Below, piece after piece: positions 28,201 to 35,516 of a stretch of DNA of 36,846 bases. The stretch is from Byssovorax sp. (GTDB lineage Bacteria; Myxococcota_A; Polyangia; Polyangiales; Polyangiaceae), in contig JAXLYT010000035.1 in the NCBI GenBank assembly GCA_046351295.1, forward strand, positions 77,452-114,297, read 5' to 3'. The translations under genes and the position numbers were made by a program. The notes beneath the pieces were generated by a model. That model did not search any database and had not been told where the DNA came from. It worked only from the letters and a program-made list of their open reading frames with translations. Position 1 is the first letter of the stretch. Each line of letters opens with the position of its first letter.

Positions 28201-29301
28201 CCGATGACGATGATCCTCGAGCTCATGCGCGAGATCGCCGAGGAGCTCGTGCCGGGCAAGATCGCCGTCGGTCTCTCGGGCGTGCGCGCGTACCGCTGGA
28301 TGGCCGTCGCGCCCCCGGTCGATCTCACCATCACCGCTCGCCACGACGGCGCCTGCCGCGTCGAGCTGAGCATCGAGGGCTTCGCGGCCGGCGCGGTCGA
28401 GCTCGCCGACGCCTACCCCGCTCCGCCGCCGCGCGATCTCTCCCCGCTCACCGGCGAGGCCGCGCCCGCCATCGACGCCCCCACGCTCTACGCCGATCGC
28501 TGGATGTTCCACGGCCCCGCGTACCAGGGTGTGCTCTCCCTGGACACGATGGCCAACGATGGGATCCGCGGTCGCCTCGCGTCCCTCCGGGCGAAGGGCG
28601 GCCTGCTCGACAACGCGGGCCAGCTCCTCGGCTACTGGGTGATGGAGCATGCCGAGAACGACCGCCTCGCGATGCCGGTCATGCTCGAGCGCGTGCGCTT
28701 CTTCTCCCCCGCCCCGCCCGTCGGTGAGGACCTCGACTGCACCGTGTGGATCCGCCGCCTGAGCGACACCGACGTCCGGGCCGACGTGGAGCTGTGCGAA
28801 GGCGATCGGGTCTTTTGCCGGATCGACGGCTGGGAAGATCGCCGCTTCGACTCCGATGCCCGGGTGTGGGCCGTGCTCCGCTACCCCGAGCAGAACCTCC
28901 TCGCCGTGGTCGACGAGCAGGGCCGAGGCCTCGTCAAGCAGCCCTGGAAAACGGCCGCGTCACGCGATCTCCTCGCACGCCGCTACCTGAGCGAGCGAGA
29001 GCGCGAGGCACACGCCAAGATCGATCTCCGCCGGCAAGGCGAGTGGCTGCTCGGCCGGATGGCCCTCAAGGACTGCGCGCGGCGCCTGCTCTGGGAGCGC
29101 GGTCACGGGCCGATCTTCCCCATCGAGATCGAGGTCGAGACCGATCCGGCCGGCCTGCCGAGGCTCCGCGGTCCGCTCGCGGATCGGCTCGTCGCGCGCC
29201 TGGCCGTGAGGCCGGGGTACGCCGCGGCCTGGGTGGGCGATGCCGATCGAGAGGTCGATCTCGCGGCGCTCCTCGACCAGGCCGAGCCCCGCGGCGAATG
29301 A
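25201..29301 (+). CDS. type I PKS: KS, atypical AT, DH and a C-terminal AcpS-like PPTase-like domain
   Basis: 1,366-aa ORF with GAGGAG SD 7 nt upstream. KS: DAACASS (Cys codon 25831-25833), EAHGTGTAAGD, IGHTMPAAG. AT-like: AFLFPGVDSSF plus GHSIGEWSGM (Ser 27109-27111). DH: LHDHAFYRQPEGWP ... LYADRWMFHGPAYQGV. Tail: YLSEREREAHAKIDLRRQGEWLLGRMALKDCARRLL and IEIEVETDPAGLPRLRG, resembling the AcpS motifs (RFAAKEAxxKA; FEVFNDELGKPRLRLWG). Confidence 0.9.
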   Translation: MAERDKRGVAIVGMAALFPGARDLAAFEQNLAAGADAFRDAPPDRIDPAFYDPASTAPDRLYCRRGGFLPEPVRFDAASFGIMPIAAQGAEPDQLLALDLAARALADAGYADRPFARDKASVILGRGGYLTPGVARLDQRVRAAEQLVQSLRALLPDLPDDKLAAVRAEVQAGLGPFGPDTAIGLVPNLAASRIANRLDLGGSAYTIDAACASSLVAVDHACRDLHAHRADLVLAGGVHLCHDPGFWSVFCQLGALSRSGQIRPFDRRADGLLIGEGVGVLALKRLADAERDGDRIYAVIRGTGTASDGRGASLMSPDMNGQIAALRRAWDDAGLDPSLVGMIEAHGTGTAAGDGAELGTLARVFGPARADEARAALGSVKSMIGHTMPAAGAAGLIKAALALHHARLYPSLHCEEPRAEVEATRFRILSRAEPWESPGRPRVAGVNAFGFGGINAHVVLEEHPASRPSTSPRASSPSSTSSTSSPTVVEPVLFLAAESPAALCEALDAHDAHNAHDERAASGPARLALFNPTPERRARARAIVARGEPWRGRDDLWFSAEGLLARGGRVAFLFPGVDSSFDPRVDDVASRFGLPLSMPEGKRSLKDLGMGIIAVGRLLDAALRRIGVYPAMIAGHSIGEWSGMIASEMIPRDEIDGIIARLAPESVSVPGVTFIAAGCGLDKAIAAMEGLPEIAVSHDNCPHQLILCGIEASADIALDRLKKMGVLSQKLPFQSGYHSRLFHAYTGPHRRILAGLPLTTPAVPLWSATTCAPYPADPEAIRRLAVQHILEPVRFRELTLALHEAGARAFIQVGTGSLIGFVGDTLRGLPHLAVSANMPARSGLAQLRRVAAALWTEGASPDLGRLDMAPPARREKVRAAPPIEISLGAPLVTARGPLDRPAPPAPAGDLDGIADLAYLDLDPTDPLAVELGLGLASIRAAQRDVVAAFLRAPIAPPAAGPHEITLQRSISVDDYPELHDHAFYRQPEGWPALVDRYPVVPMTMILELMREIAEELVPGKIAVGLSGVRAYRWMAVAPPVDLTITARHDGACRVELSIEGFAAGAVELADAYPAPPPRDLSPLTGEAAPAIDAPTLYADRWMFHGPAYQGVLSLDTMANDGIRGRLASLRAKGGLLDNAGQLLGYWVMEHAENDRLAMPVMLERVRFFSPAPPVGEDLDCTVWIRRLSDTDVRADVELCEGDRVFCRIDGWEDRRFDSDARVWAVLRYPEQNLLAVVDEQGRGLVKQPWKTAASRDLLARRYLSEREREAHAKIDLRRQGEWLLGRMALKDCARRLLWERGHGPIFPIEIEVETDPAGLPRLRGPLADRLVARLAVRPGYAAAWVGDADREVDLAALLDQAEPRGE
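25219..26590 (+). other. ketosynthase domain (KS2) with intact C-H-H triad, so not a CLF
   Basis: VAIVGMAALFPGA...IDAACASSLVAVDHA...HGTGTAAGD...GHTMPAAG...GFGGINAHVVL. Confidence 0.85.
26900..27790 (+). other. acyltransferase-like domain with non-canonical GVDSS motif
   Basis: VAFLFPGVDSSFDP replaces the usual GQGSQ; GHSIGEWSGM nucleophile elbow retained; a downstream HAYTGPHRR-like His region is present. Confidence 0.6.
28070..28850 (+). other. PKS-type dehydratase (double hot-dog) domain
   Basis: LHDHAFYRQPEGWPALVDRYPVVP (HxxxGxxxxP-like) and LYADRWMFHGPAYQGV (GPxFQG motif). Confidence 0.7.
28870..29298 (+). other. AcpS-type phosphopantetheinyl-transferase-like C-terminal domain
   Basis: About 145-aa tail after DH: LSEREREAHAK...RMALKDCARRLL (a match to the W/F-x-x-K-E-A-x-x-K motif with E replaced by D) and IEVETDPAGLPRLRG ... 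AAAWVGDADREV, resembling AcpS C-terminal motifs. The N-terminal Mg-binding motif looks degenerate (VVDEQG). Confidence 0.45.
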
Positions 29302-29368
29302 GCGATCGCGAGCCCGTCCTCGCCGGATCGATCTCGACCGCCTCGCAGACTCCCGCTAGAACGGCGAG

Positions 29369-29665
29369 GTGACCGTCCAGCCCGAAGATCACCTGCGCGA
29401 GCAAGTCCTCTCGACCGTCACGGTGATGATCCGGCAGGTGATCGACGACGAGGCGGGCCTCGGGGCGCCCATCGCCCTCGCGACCTCGTTCAACGCCGAT
29501 CTCGAGCTGGAGAGCATCGAGTTCGTGGCTCTCGCCGAGAAGCTCCAGGCCCACTACGGCGGCGCGGTCGACTTCACCGGCTGGCTCTCGGGCAAGGAGC
29601 TCGACGAGATCATCGCGCTCACGGTGGGCGACCTGGTGGAGCACATCGTCCGGTGCCTCTCGTAG
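29369..29665 (+). CDS. discrete acyl carrier protein
   Basis: 98 aa; GTG start preceded by GGCGAGG; acidic helical protein with FNADLELESIEFVALAEKLQ (Ser-containing helix-II region); its 3' end overlaps the next gene by 13 nt. Confidence 0.65.
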   Translation: MTVQPEDHLREQVLSTVTVMIRQVIDDEAGLGAPIALATSFNADLELESIEFVALAEKLQAHYGGAVDFTGWLSGKELDEIIALTVGDLVEHIVRCLS

Positions 29666-30411
29666 ACAAGCGCGGCGTCCGGTTCCACACCCAGGTCCTC
29701 GGCGAGGGCGCGCCCCCGCTCGTGATGCTCCACGGGCTCCTCATCGGCAACCTCGCCTCGTTCTACTTCACCGCCGCGCCCGCCCTCGCCGAGCGCCGCA
29801 AGGTGCTGCTCTACGATCTCCGCGGACACGGCAAGAGCCAGCGTGTTCCATCGGGCTACGATGTCTCCACCATGGCGGGCGACCTCGAGGCGCTCTCCGA
29901 AGATCTCGGCGAAGGCCCGATCGATCTCTGCGGCCACAGCTACGGCGGCCTCATCGCCCTCCGCTTCGCCCTCGATCACCCCGGCCGCGTGCGCCGCCTC
30001 GCCCTCGTCGAGACCCCGCTCCCGCCCTCGAAATTCGGCGATTTCGAGTCGTTCTTCGCCCAGGGCCCGGCCGAGATGGTCGCCGGTCTCCCCGAGAGCC
30101 TGCAAACCGTCCTCGGCCACGGCGGCCGCCGCGCTGCCCGCCTCCTCGACGCCCTCCGCTTCCTCACCCAGGAGAGCTCCCTGCTCGCCGATCTGCGCGC
30201 CGAGCCCGACATCCCCGACGAGGTGCTCGCCACGCTCGGCTGCCCGGTCCTCTGCGTCTACGGCACCACCTCGCTCTGCGCGCCCATGGGCGAGCGGATC
30301 GCCCGCGCCATCCCCGGGGCGCGCCTCGTGATGCTGCCCGGCGGCCACTACCTCCACCTCGACGCGACCGAGCCGCTCACCCGCGCGCTCCAGGGCTTCT
30401 TCGATGGCTGA
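29653..30411 (+). CDS. alpha/beta-fold hydrolase (putative thioesterase or acyl hydrolase), paralog 1
   Basis: 252 aa; HGLLIGN oxyanion region; GHSYGG nucleophile elbow (Ser codon 29938-29940); C-terminal GGHYLHLD with the catalytic His; overlaps the next start (ATGGCTGA). Confidence 0.75.
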   Translation: MPLVDKRGVRFHTQVLGEGAPPLVMLHGLLIGNLASFYFTAAPALAERRKVLLYDLRGHGKSQRVPSGYDVSTMAGDLEALSEDLGEGPIDLCGHSYGGLIALRFALDHPGRVRRLALVETPLPPSKFGDFESFFAQGPAEMVAGLPESLQTVLGHGGRRAARLLDALRFLTQESSLLADLRAEPDIPDEVLATLGCPVLCVYGTTSLCAPMGERIARAIPGARLVMLPGGHYLHLDATEPLTRALQGFFDG

Positions 30412-31204
30412 CATCACGGCCCGCGGCCTCCGTTTCCATGTCCAGCGCCTCGGCGCGCCGCAGGAGGGCGCGCCTGTCGTCGTGTTCCTGCACGGCCTCG
30501 TGATGGACAACCTGTCGAGCTTCTACTTCACGCTCGCCAACCCCGCGGCGCAGCTCGGCGAGGTCGTGCTCTACGATCTCCGCGGCCACGGCAAGAGCGC
30601 GCGCCCCGCCGCGGGCTACGGCCTCGACGAGATGGTGGCCGATCTCGACGCGCTCCTGCGCGCGCTCTCCTCACCGCGCCCGTGGTGCTCGCCGGCAACA
30701 GCTTCGGCGGCCTGCTCGGCCTGGCCTTCGCGGCCGCCCACCCCGATCGCGTCGCCGGCCTCCTGCTCATCGACGCCCACCTCGGCGAGCAGGGCTGGGC
30801 AGACAATACGGCCGCGACCCTCAAGCTCGAAGGCGAGGCCCGCGATCGCATGATCCAGGCATCGTTCGAGCACTGGCTCGGCCGCCACAGCGAGAAGAAA
30901 TCGACCCGCCTCGCGCAGACGGCCTCGGCCCTCGTGTACGGCACCTCGCTCGTCGACGAGATGGCGCATTCTCCCTCGCTCGGCGAGGACGCGCTCCGCC
31001 GCGTCACCTGCCCCGTGCTTGCCCTCTACGGCGAATCGAGCGATCTGCGCGCCTCGGCCGAGGCCCTCGGCCGCGCCCTGCCCGCCGTCGATCTGCGCGT
31101 CTACCCCGGCTGCTCGCACTCGATCCTCTGGGGAGGCCACCGCGAAGGTGCGCGAGGACATGCTGGCCTTCCTCCGTTCGTTGCAGCTCAAACCATCTCC
31201 CTGA
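30404..31204 (+). CDS. alpha/beta-fold hydrolase, paralog 2, interrupted by two compensating frameshifts
   Basis: N-terminus in frame 2 (MADITARGLRFHVQRLG...LYDLRGHGKS), collinear with paralog 1. The middle part (30665-31131) is readable only in frame 1 (VVLAGNSFGGLLGLAFAAAHPDRVAGLLLID...PGCSHSILW). The C-terminus returns to frame 2 (EATAKVREDMLAFLRSLQLKPSP*). A 1-nt deletion in the tcctca run at about 30668-30673 and an extra G in the GGGG run at 31130-31133 explain this. Confidence 0.65.
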
Positions 31205-31207
31205 CCC

Positions 31208-32415
31208 ATGGCGCGCTTCCTCTTCGTCGTCCCGCCGCTCGCTGTCGGTCACACCAACCCCACGGTGAGCGTGGCGGCGGCCCTCCGCGCGCGCGGCCAC
31301 GAGGTCGCGTGGGTGGGGCACCCGGGCGTTGTCCGCCCGCTCTTGCCCGAAGGCGCGACGCTCTTCGCCCTCGACGACCAGCTCCCCGAGGAGCGCTGGA
31401 CGCAGGCCCAGGCGACCTCTCGCACCGCGCGCGGCCTCGCCGCGCTCAAGTTCCTCTGGGAAGAGTTCTTCATCCCCCTCGCCCGCGCCATGGTCCCCGG
31501 CGTCGAGGACGCGATCGATCGCTTCCACCCCGACGCGCTCGTCGTCGATCAGCAAGCCGTCGCCGGCGCGGTGGCGGAAGGCGCGGCCTGCCCTGGGCCA
31601 CCTTCGCCACCACCTCCGCGGGCCTCACCGATCCGCTCGCCGGCCTCCCGCTCGTGCGCGCGTGGCTCGACGCCCAGCTCGCCACGCTCGAACAAGAGGC
31701 CGGTCTCGCCCCCGTGCCCGAGCCCGATCGATCACCGATGCTCGTCGTCGCCTTCAGCACCGCCGAGCTCGCCGGCCCACCCGAGCGCTTCCCCTCGCAC
31801 TATCAGTTCGTCGGCCCCTCGATCCATGCGCGCCCGCAGACCACACCCTTCCCCTGGGAAGATCTCCGCCCCATTCCGCGCGTCCTCGTCTCCCTCGGCA
31901 CCGTCAACGCCGAGGCCGGTGAGCGCTTCTACGCGACCGTGATCGAGGCCCTCGGTGACGATGGATCCCATCGTGGTCCACGCCCCCAGGTCGTGCTCGT
32001 CGCGCCCGACGCCCTGGTGAAACAAACCGCGCCCAACATCATCCGCCGCCCCTTCGTCCCCCAGCTCGCGCTCCTGCCCGAGATGAGCGCCGTCGTGTGC
32101 CACGGCGGGCAAAACACCGTCTGTGAGGCCCTCGCGCATGGCCTGCCGCTCGTCGTCCTCCCCATCAAGGACGATCAACCGGTCATCGCGCAGCAGGTCG
32201 TCGACGCAGGCGCCGGCATCCGCCTCAAGTTCGGGCGTGTCCGCGCCGACGAGCTCCGCGAGGCCGTGCGCCGCGTCCTCGAAGAGCCGTCCTTCCGCGA
32301 AGCCGCTCGGCGCATCCAGCGCTCCTTCACCGCAGCCGGCGGCGCCCCGCGCGCGGCCGAGCTCATCGAAGGCCTGATCGGACAAGCTCCTCCCACCGTG
32401 CCCGCCGCGACGTAG
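31208..32415 (+). CDS. GT1-family glycosyltransferase (MGT/UDP-glycosyltransferase-like), with an apparent 1-nt frameshift at about 31577-31581
   Basis: N-terminus in frame 2 (MARFLFVVPPLAVGHTNPTVSVAAALRARGHEV); C-terminal two thirds in frame 1 with VCHGGQNTVCEALAHGLPLVVLPIKDDQPVIAQQVVDAGAG (GT1 donor-binding signature). Restoring one A in gaagg to gaaagg gives ...AVAAERRGLPWATF..., the typical AAERLGIPW region. Confidence 0.75.
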
Positions 32416-32452
32416 TACCCTCCCCTCCTCCCTTGCCCATGAGCCCTTCACC

Positions 32453-34270
32453 ATGGCCCTGATCTGGGTCCTCTTCGCCCTCCTCCTCCTCCTCGACTCC
32501 TTCCGGATCCGAGGCCGCCTCGCCTCCATCCCGTCGATCAACCCCTCGGACGATCCCGTCTCCCCCGAGCACCGCTTCCTGCTCGGCACAGGCGTCACGC
32601 TCGACGAGCCCACGCGCCGCGCCGCGAGCGCCTACGCCCGCGCCCAGGATCTCGTCGTCCTCGATCTCATCCCCGGCGATCTCCCCGCGCAGCGCGCCCT
32701 CGGCCTGCTCCAGGTGATCGATCCGTCGAAGTACCGCCAAGATCGGCTCGGCAAGGGCCTCACCGCCGGCCACGCGATCCTCGTCACCCAGGAGGTGCTC
32801 GACAAGGCCTGCATCGAGGAGGCCGAGGCCAAGGCGCCGCTCGGCACCGTCGAGATCGCCCGCGTCGCCGGCAAGCTCAAGCGCTACGCGAAGGGCGGCG
32901 CCGACCTCGCCATCGCGCCCGACCTGAAGGCCGTGCCGGACGAGAAGGGCCGCCGCCTCGCCGCGATGCGCGAGGTCGTGGGCGGCACCGGCGTCAACGC
33001 CGTGCTCATCGGTGTCCCGCTGGTCCTCACCGTCATCGGCGTCGCCGCCGCCTTCCAGGGCCTCGGCTTCGCCCCGCTCGTCGCCTTCCACCTCCAGCCC
33101 CTCATCGCCCTCTTCGCGACCCGGGTAAGCTCGCGCGATCTCTTCCTCCTCACGCTCTTCCGCGCCCCGATCGAGCTCTTCACCTGGCTCACGCTCCTCC
33201 TCGAGCCCAACGGCGGCATGGACCCGAAGCGCATCGCCGCGCTGCGCCCGGCGTACGACGAGCTCCTGAAGGGCGGCCTCGATCCCTTCTTCGAGCCCCG
33301 CGCCACCGCGTGCCCGCTCTGCGCGAGCCCCGATCTCACGGTGAAGGTGCGGCTCACTGACATGATCCAGCACAAGCCCGGCAAGTTCACCCTCGAACGG
33401 TGCAAGGGCTGCGGGCACATCTTCCAGAACCCGCGCCTGTCGATCGACGGGCTCAACTTCTATTACAAGGACTTCTACGACGGCCTCGGCGAGGACGATC
33501 TCGACTTCATCTTCGGGGCCTCGGTCGACGCCTACGACGCGCGCGCGACGTTCGTGCATGGCGAGATCGAGCCGAAGATCTGGCTCGACGTGGGCGGTGG
33601 TCACGGGCACTTCGCCACCTCGGCGCGCAAGCACTGGCCGGAGACGCGCTTCGAGGGGCTCGATCTGAGCGAGAGCATCGAGGAGGCCGAGCGGCGCGGC
33701 TGGGTCGACGCGGGCCACCGGGGTCTCTTCCCCGACATGGCCCCGCTGCTCGCGGGCCGCTACGACGTGGTGAGCATGAGCCACTACCTCGAGCACACGC
33801 GCGATCCGCGCGCCGAGGTCGACGCGGCGAAGATCGCGCTGCGCGACGGCGGGCTCCTGATGATCGAGATCCCCGATCCGGACTGCGCCTACGGCTCGCT
33901 CTTCGGGCGCTACTGGCTGCCCTGGTTTCAGCCGCAGCACCAGCACTTCGTGTCGTACAAGAACCTGCAGAAGATCCTCGAAGAGCGCGGGTTCTCGCTG
34001 CTCAAGGTCCACCGGAGCGAGGCCCATATCCGGGTCGATTTCTCCGCGGCCGTGTTCCTCTTCCTCGACCACGTGGCCCCGTCGCCCGAGGTGCCCTGGA
34101 GGCCCGCGCGAGGCGGCCTCTCCCGCGCCGCGCGGATGGCGATCTACGCCCTCGGGACACCGCTCATCGTGCTCGGCATCCTGCTCGACAACACGCTGTC
34201 ACGGCTCTTCGTGGCGGCGACGATCGGCAACGCGTTCCGGGTGCTGGCGAAGAAAGAGACGGCCAGGTAG
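32453..34270 (+). CDS. polytopic membrane protein fused to a zinc-ribbon class I SAM-dependent methyltransferase (TylCIII/Methyltransf_13-14-like)
   Basis: 605 aa; N-terminal TM helices (MALIWVLFALLLLL; VNAVLIGVPLVLTVIGVAAAF; LFLLTLFRAPIELFTWLTLLL); CPLCAS...CKGCGH four-Cys ribbon; LDVGGGHGHFA SAM motif I; C-terminal TM helix IYALGTPLIVLGILL. Confidence 0.75.
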   Translation: MALIWVLFALLLLLDSFRIRGRLASIPSINPSDDPVSPEHRFLLGTGVTLDEPTRRAASAYARAQDLVVLDLIPGDLPAQRALGLLQVIDPSKYRQDRLGKGLTAGHAILVTQEVLDKACIEEAEAKAPLGTVEIARVAGKLKRYAKGGADLAIAPDLKAVPDEKGRRLAAMREVVGGTGVNAVLIGVPLVLTVIGVAAAFQGLGFAPLVAFHLQPLIALFATRVSSRDLFLLTLFRAPIELFTWLTLLLEPNGGMDPKRIAALRPAYDELLKGGLDPFFEPRATACPLCASPDLTVKVRLTDMIQHKPGKFTLERCKGCGHIFQNPRLSIDGLNFYYKDFYDGLGEDDLDFIFGASVDAYDARATFVHGEIEPKIWLDVGGGHGHFATSARKHWPETRFEGLDLSESIEEAERRGWVDAGHRGLFPDMAPLLAGRYDVVSMSHYLEHTRDPRAEVDAAKIALRDGGLLMIEIPDPDCAYGSLFGRYWLPWFQPQHQHFVSYKNLQKILEERGFSLLKVHRSEAHIRVDFSAAVFLFLDHVAPSPEVPWRPARGGLSRAARMAIYALGTPLIVLGILLDNTLSRLFVAATIGNAFRVLAKKETAR

Positions 34271-34280
34271 TCGCTCGACC

Positions 34281-35516
34281 TCACGGCGGCGAGCCGGGCA
34301 TCACCGCGGTGATCTCCGCGTCGAAGCCGAGATCGCTGCTGGTCGCCGCGGCCTGGTGCACCTCGACCGCGAGCACGTTCGGCCCGTCGACGAAGAGCGC
34401 CGGATCGATCGCGAAGCCGAAGAAGGCCGTCTCCTCCGCGCCGCCCACCCCGACGGGCGCGAGGGTCGCCGCGTCGATGTCGCCGTCGGGCAAGTTGGTC
34501 CGGGCGATCTCGGTCCCGTTGAGGAATGCCCGCGCCCCGTCGTCCCGGAGGATCTTCAGCGTGGCCGACGTGAACGACGCGTGGTCCGCCGCGAGGAAGG
34601 TCGTGCGAAACCAGGTGGTGATGTGCTTGGCGTTCGGATCGGGGCCATAGGAGACGGTGGTGACGATGTGGGGATCGCCGTAGCCGAGAGGCGCGGGGCC
34701 GCTCGGGAGCGCGCTGTCGTCGAAGGCGGCCGTGGTCCAGCTCGGATCCGGCGGCTGGTCCTGATCGAGGTAATGAAACACGCTCCCCGTCTGGAGGAGC
34801 GAGACAGTCACCGGGGGCACGAAGACGTTCGTCTTGCCCGGCGTCCCGCGGAAGACGAACGTGAAGCAGCCGGGTCCCTGGCAGCAATCCGGGTTGCGCG
34901 CCGCGGAGAAATCGGCCGCGATCTCTCCGTAGGAGACGAGGCTGCCCCGTCCATCCGGCGCAAAGACGCCCACCACGCCGCCCTTGGCGTCGAGCTTGAA
35001 CCCGAGGTGCGACGCTCCAACCTGCGGTGTCCCGTCGGCCCAGAGGAGCAAGAAGCCTTTGGGTGGGAGGGTGAGCCCGGCGGGCAAGACGCTCTTGAAG
35101 GGCATCGACGCGTCGTCGGTGAGCGCCCACCCCGCGAGATCGATCGGTGTTTTGCCCGGATTGTGGAGCTCGATCCAGTCGGCGTAGTTTCCGCCCTCGT
35201 CCGCCGCGGAGGCGATGTTGCGCGGCATGAGCTCGTTGATGCAGAGCTCGAGCGGCAGCGGCGGAGCGTCGCCGCCGGCCCCGCCCATCCCACCGACTCC
35301 ACCGATCCCTCCGGTCGTCTGGGCGCTCCCGCCGGTGCCCTGCGTGGTCCCACCGTGTCCACCGGATCCCGCCGTATCCGCGCCGGATCCACCGGTGCCC
35401 GACGTGGTCGCGCTCGCACCGCCGGCGCCGGTGACGCCCGCGGGGTCGGGTGATCCACAGCTCTGGAGAGCGAAGAACACGAAAAGCGGCGGGACGAAGA
35501 CGAGAACGCGCTTCAT
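34281..35516 (-). CDS. lipoprotein with lamin-tail-domain (LTD)
   Basis: MKRVLVFVPPLFVFFALQSCG (signal plus lipobox-like); Gly/Thr/Ser linker; CINELMPRN...ADWIELHNPGKTPIDLAGWALTD matches the LTD signature (INE.M...DWIEL.N....L.GW.L); its ATG overlaps the TGA of the upstream CotH-like gene (ATGA at 35516-35518). Confidence 0.7.
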   Translation of the reverse strand: MKRVLVFVPPLFVFFALQSCGSPDPAGVTGAGGASATTSGTGGSGADTAGSGGHGGTTQGTGGSAQTTGGIGGVGGMGGAGGDAPPLPLELCINELMPRNIASAADEGGNYADWIELHNPGKTPIDLAGWALTDDASMPFKSVLPAGLTLPPKGFLLLWADGTPQVGASHLGFKLDAKGGVVGVFAPDGRGSLVSYGEIAADFSAARNPDCCQGPGCFTFVFRGTPGKTNVFVPPVTVSLLQTGSVFHYLDQDQPPDPSWTTAAFDDSALPSGPAPLGYGDPHIVTTVSYGPDPNAKHITTWFRTTFLAADHASFTSATLKILRDDGARAFLNGTEIARTNLPDGDIDAATLAPVGVGGAEETAFFGFAIDPALFVDGPNVLAVEVHQAAATSSDLGFDAEITAVMPGSPP

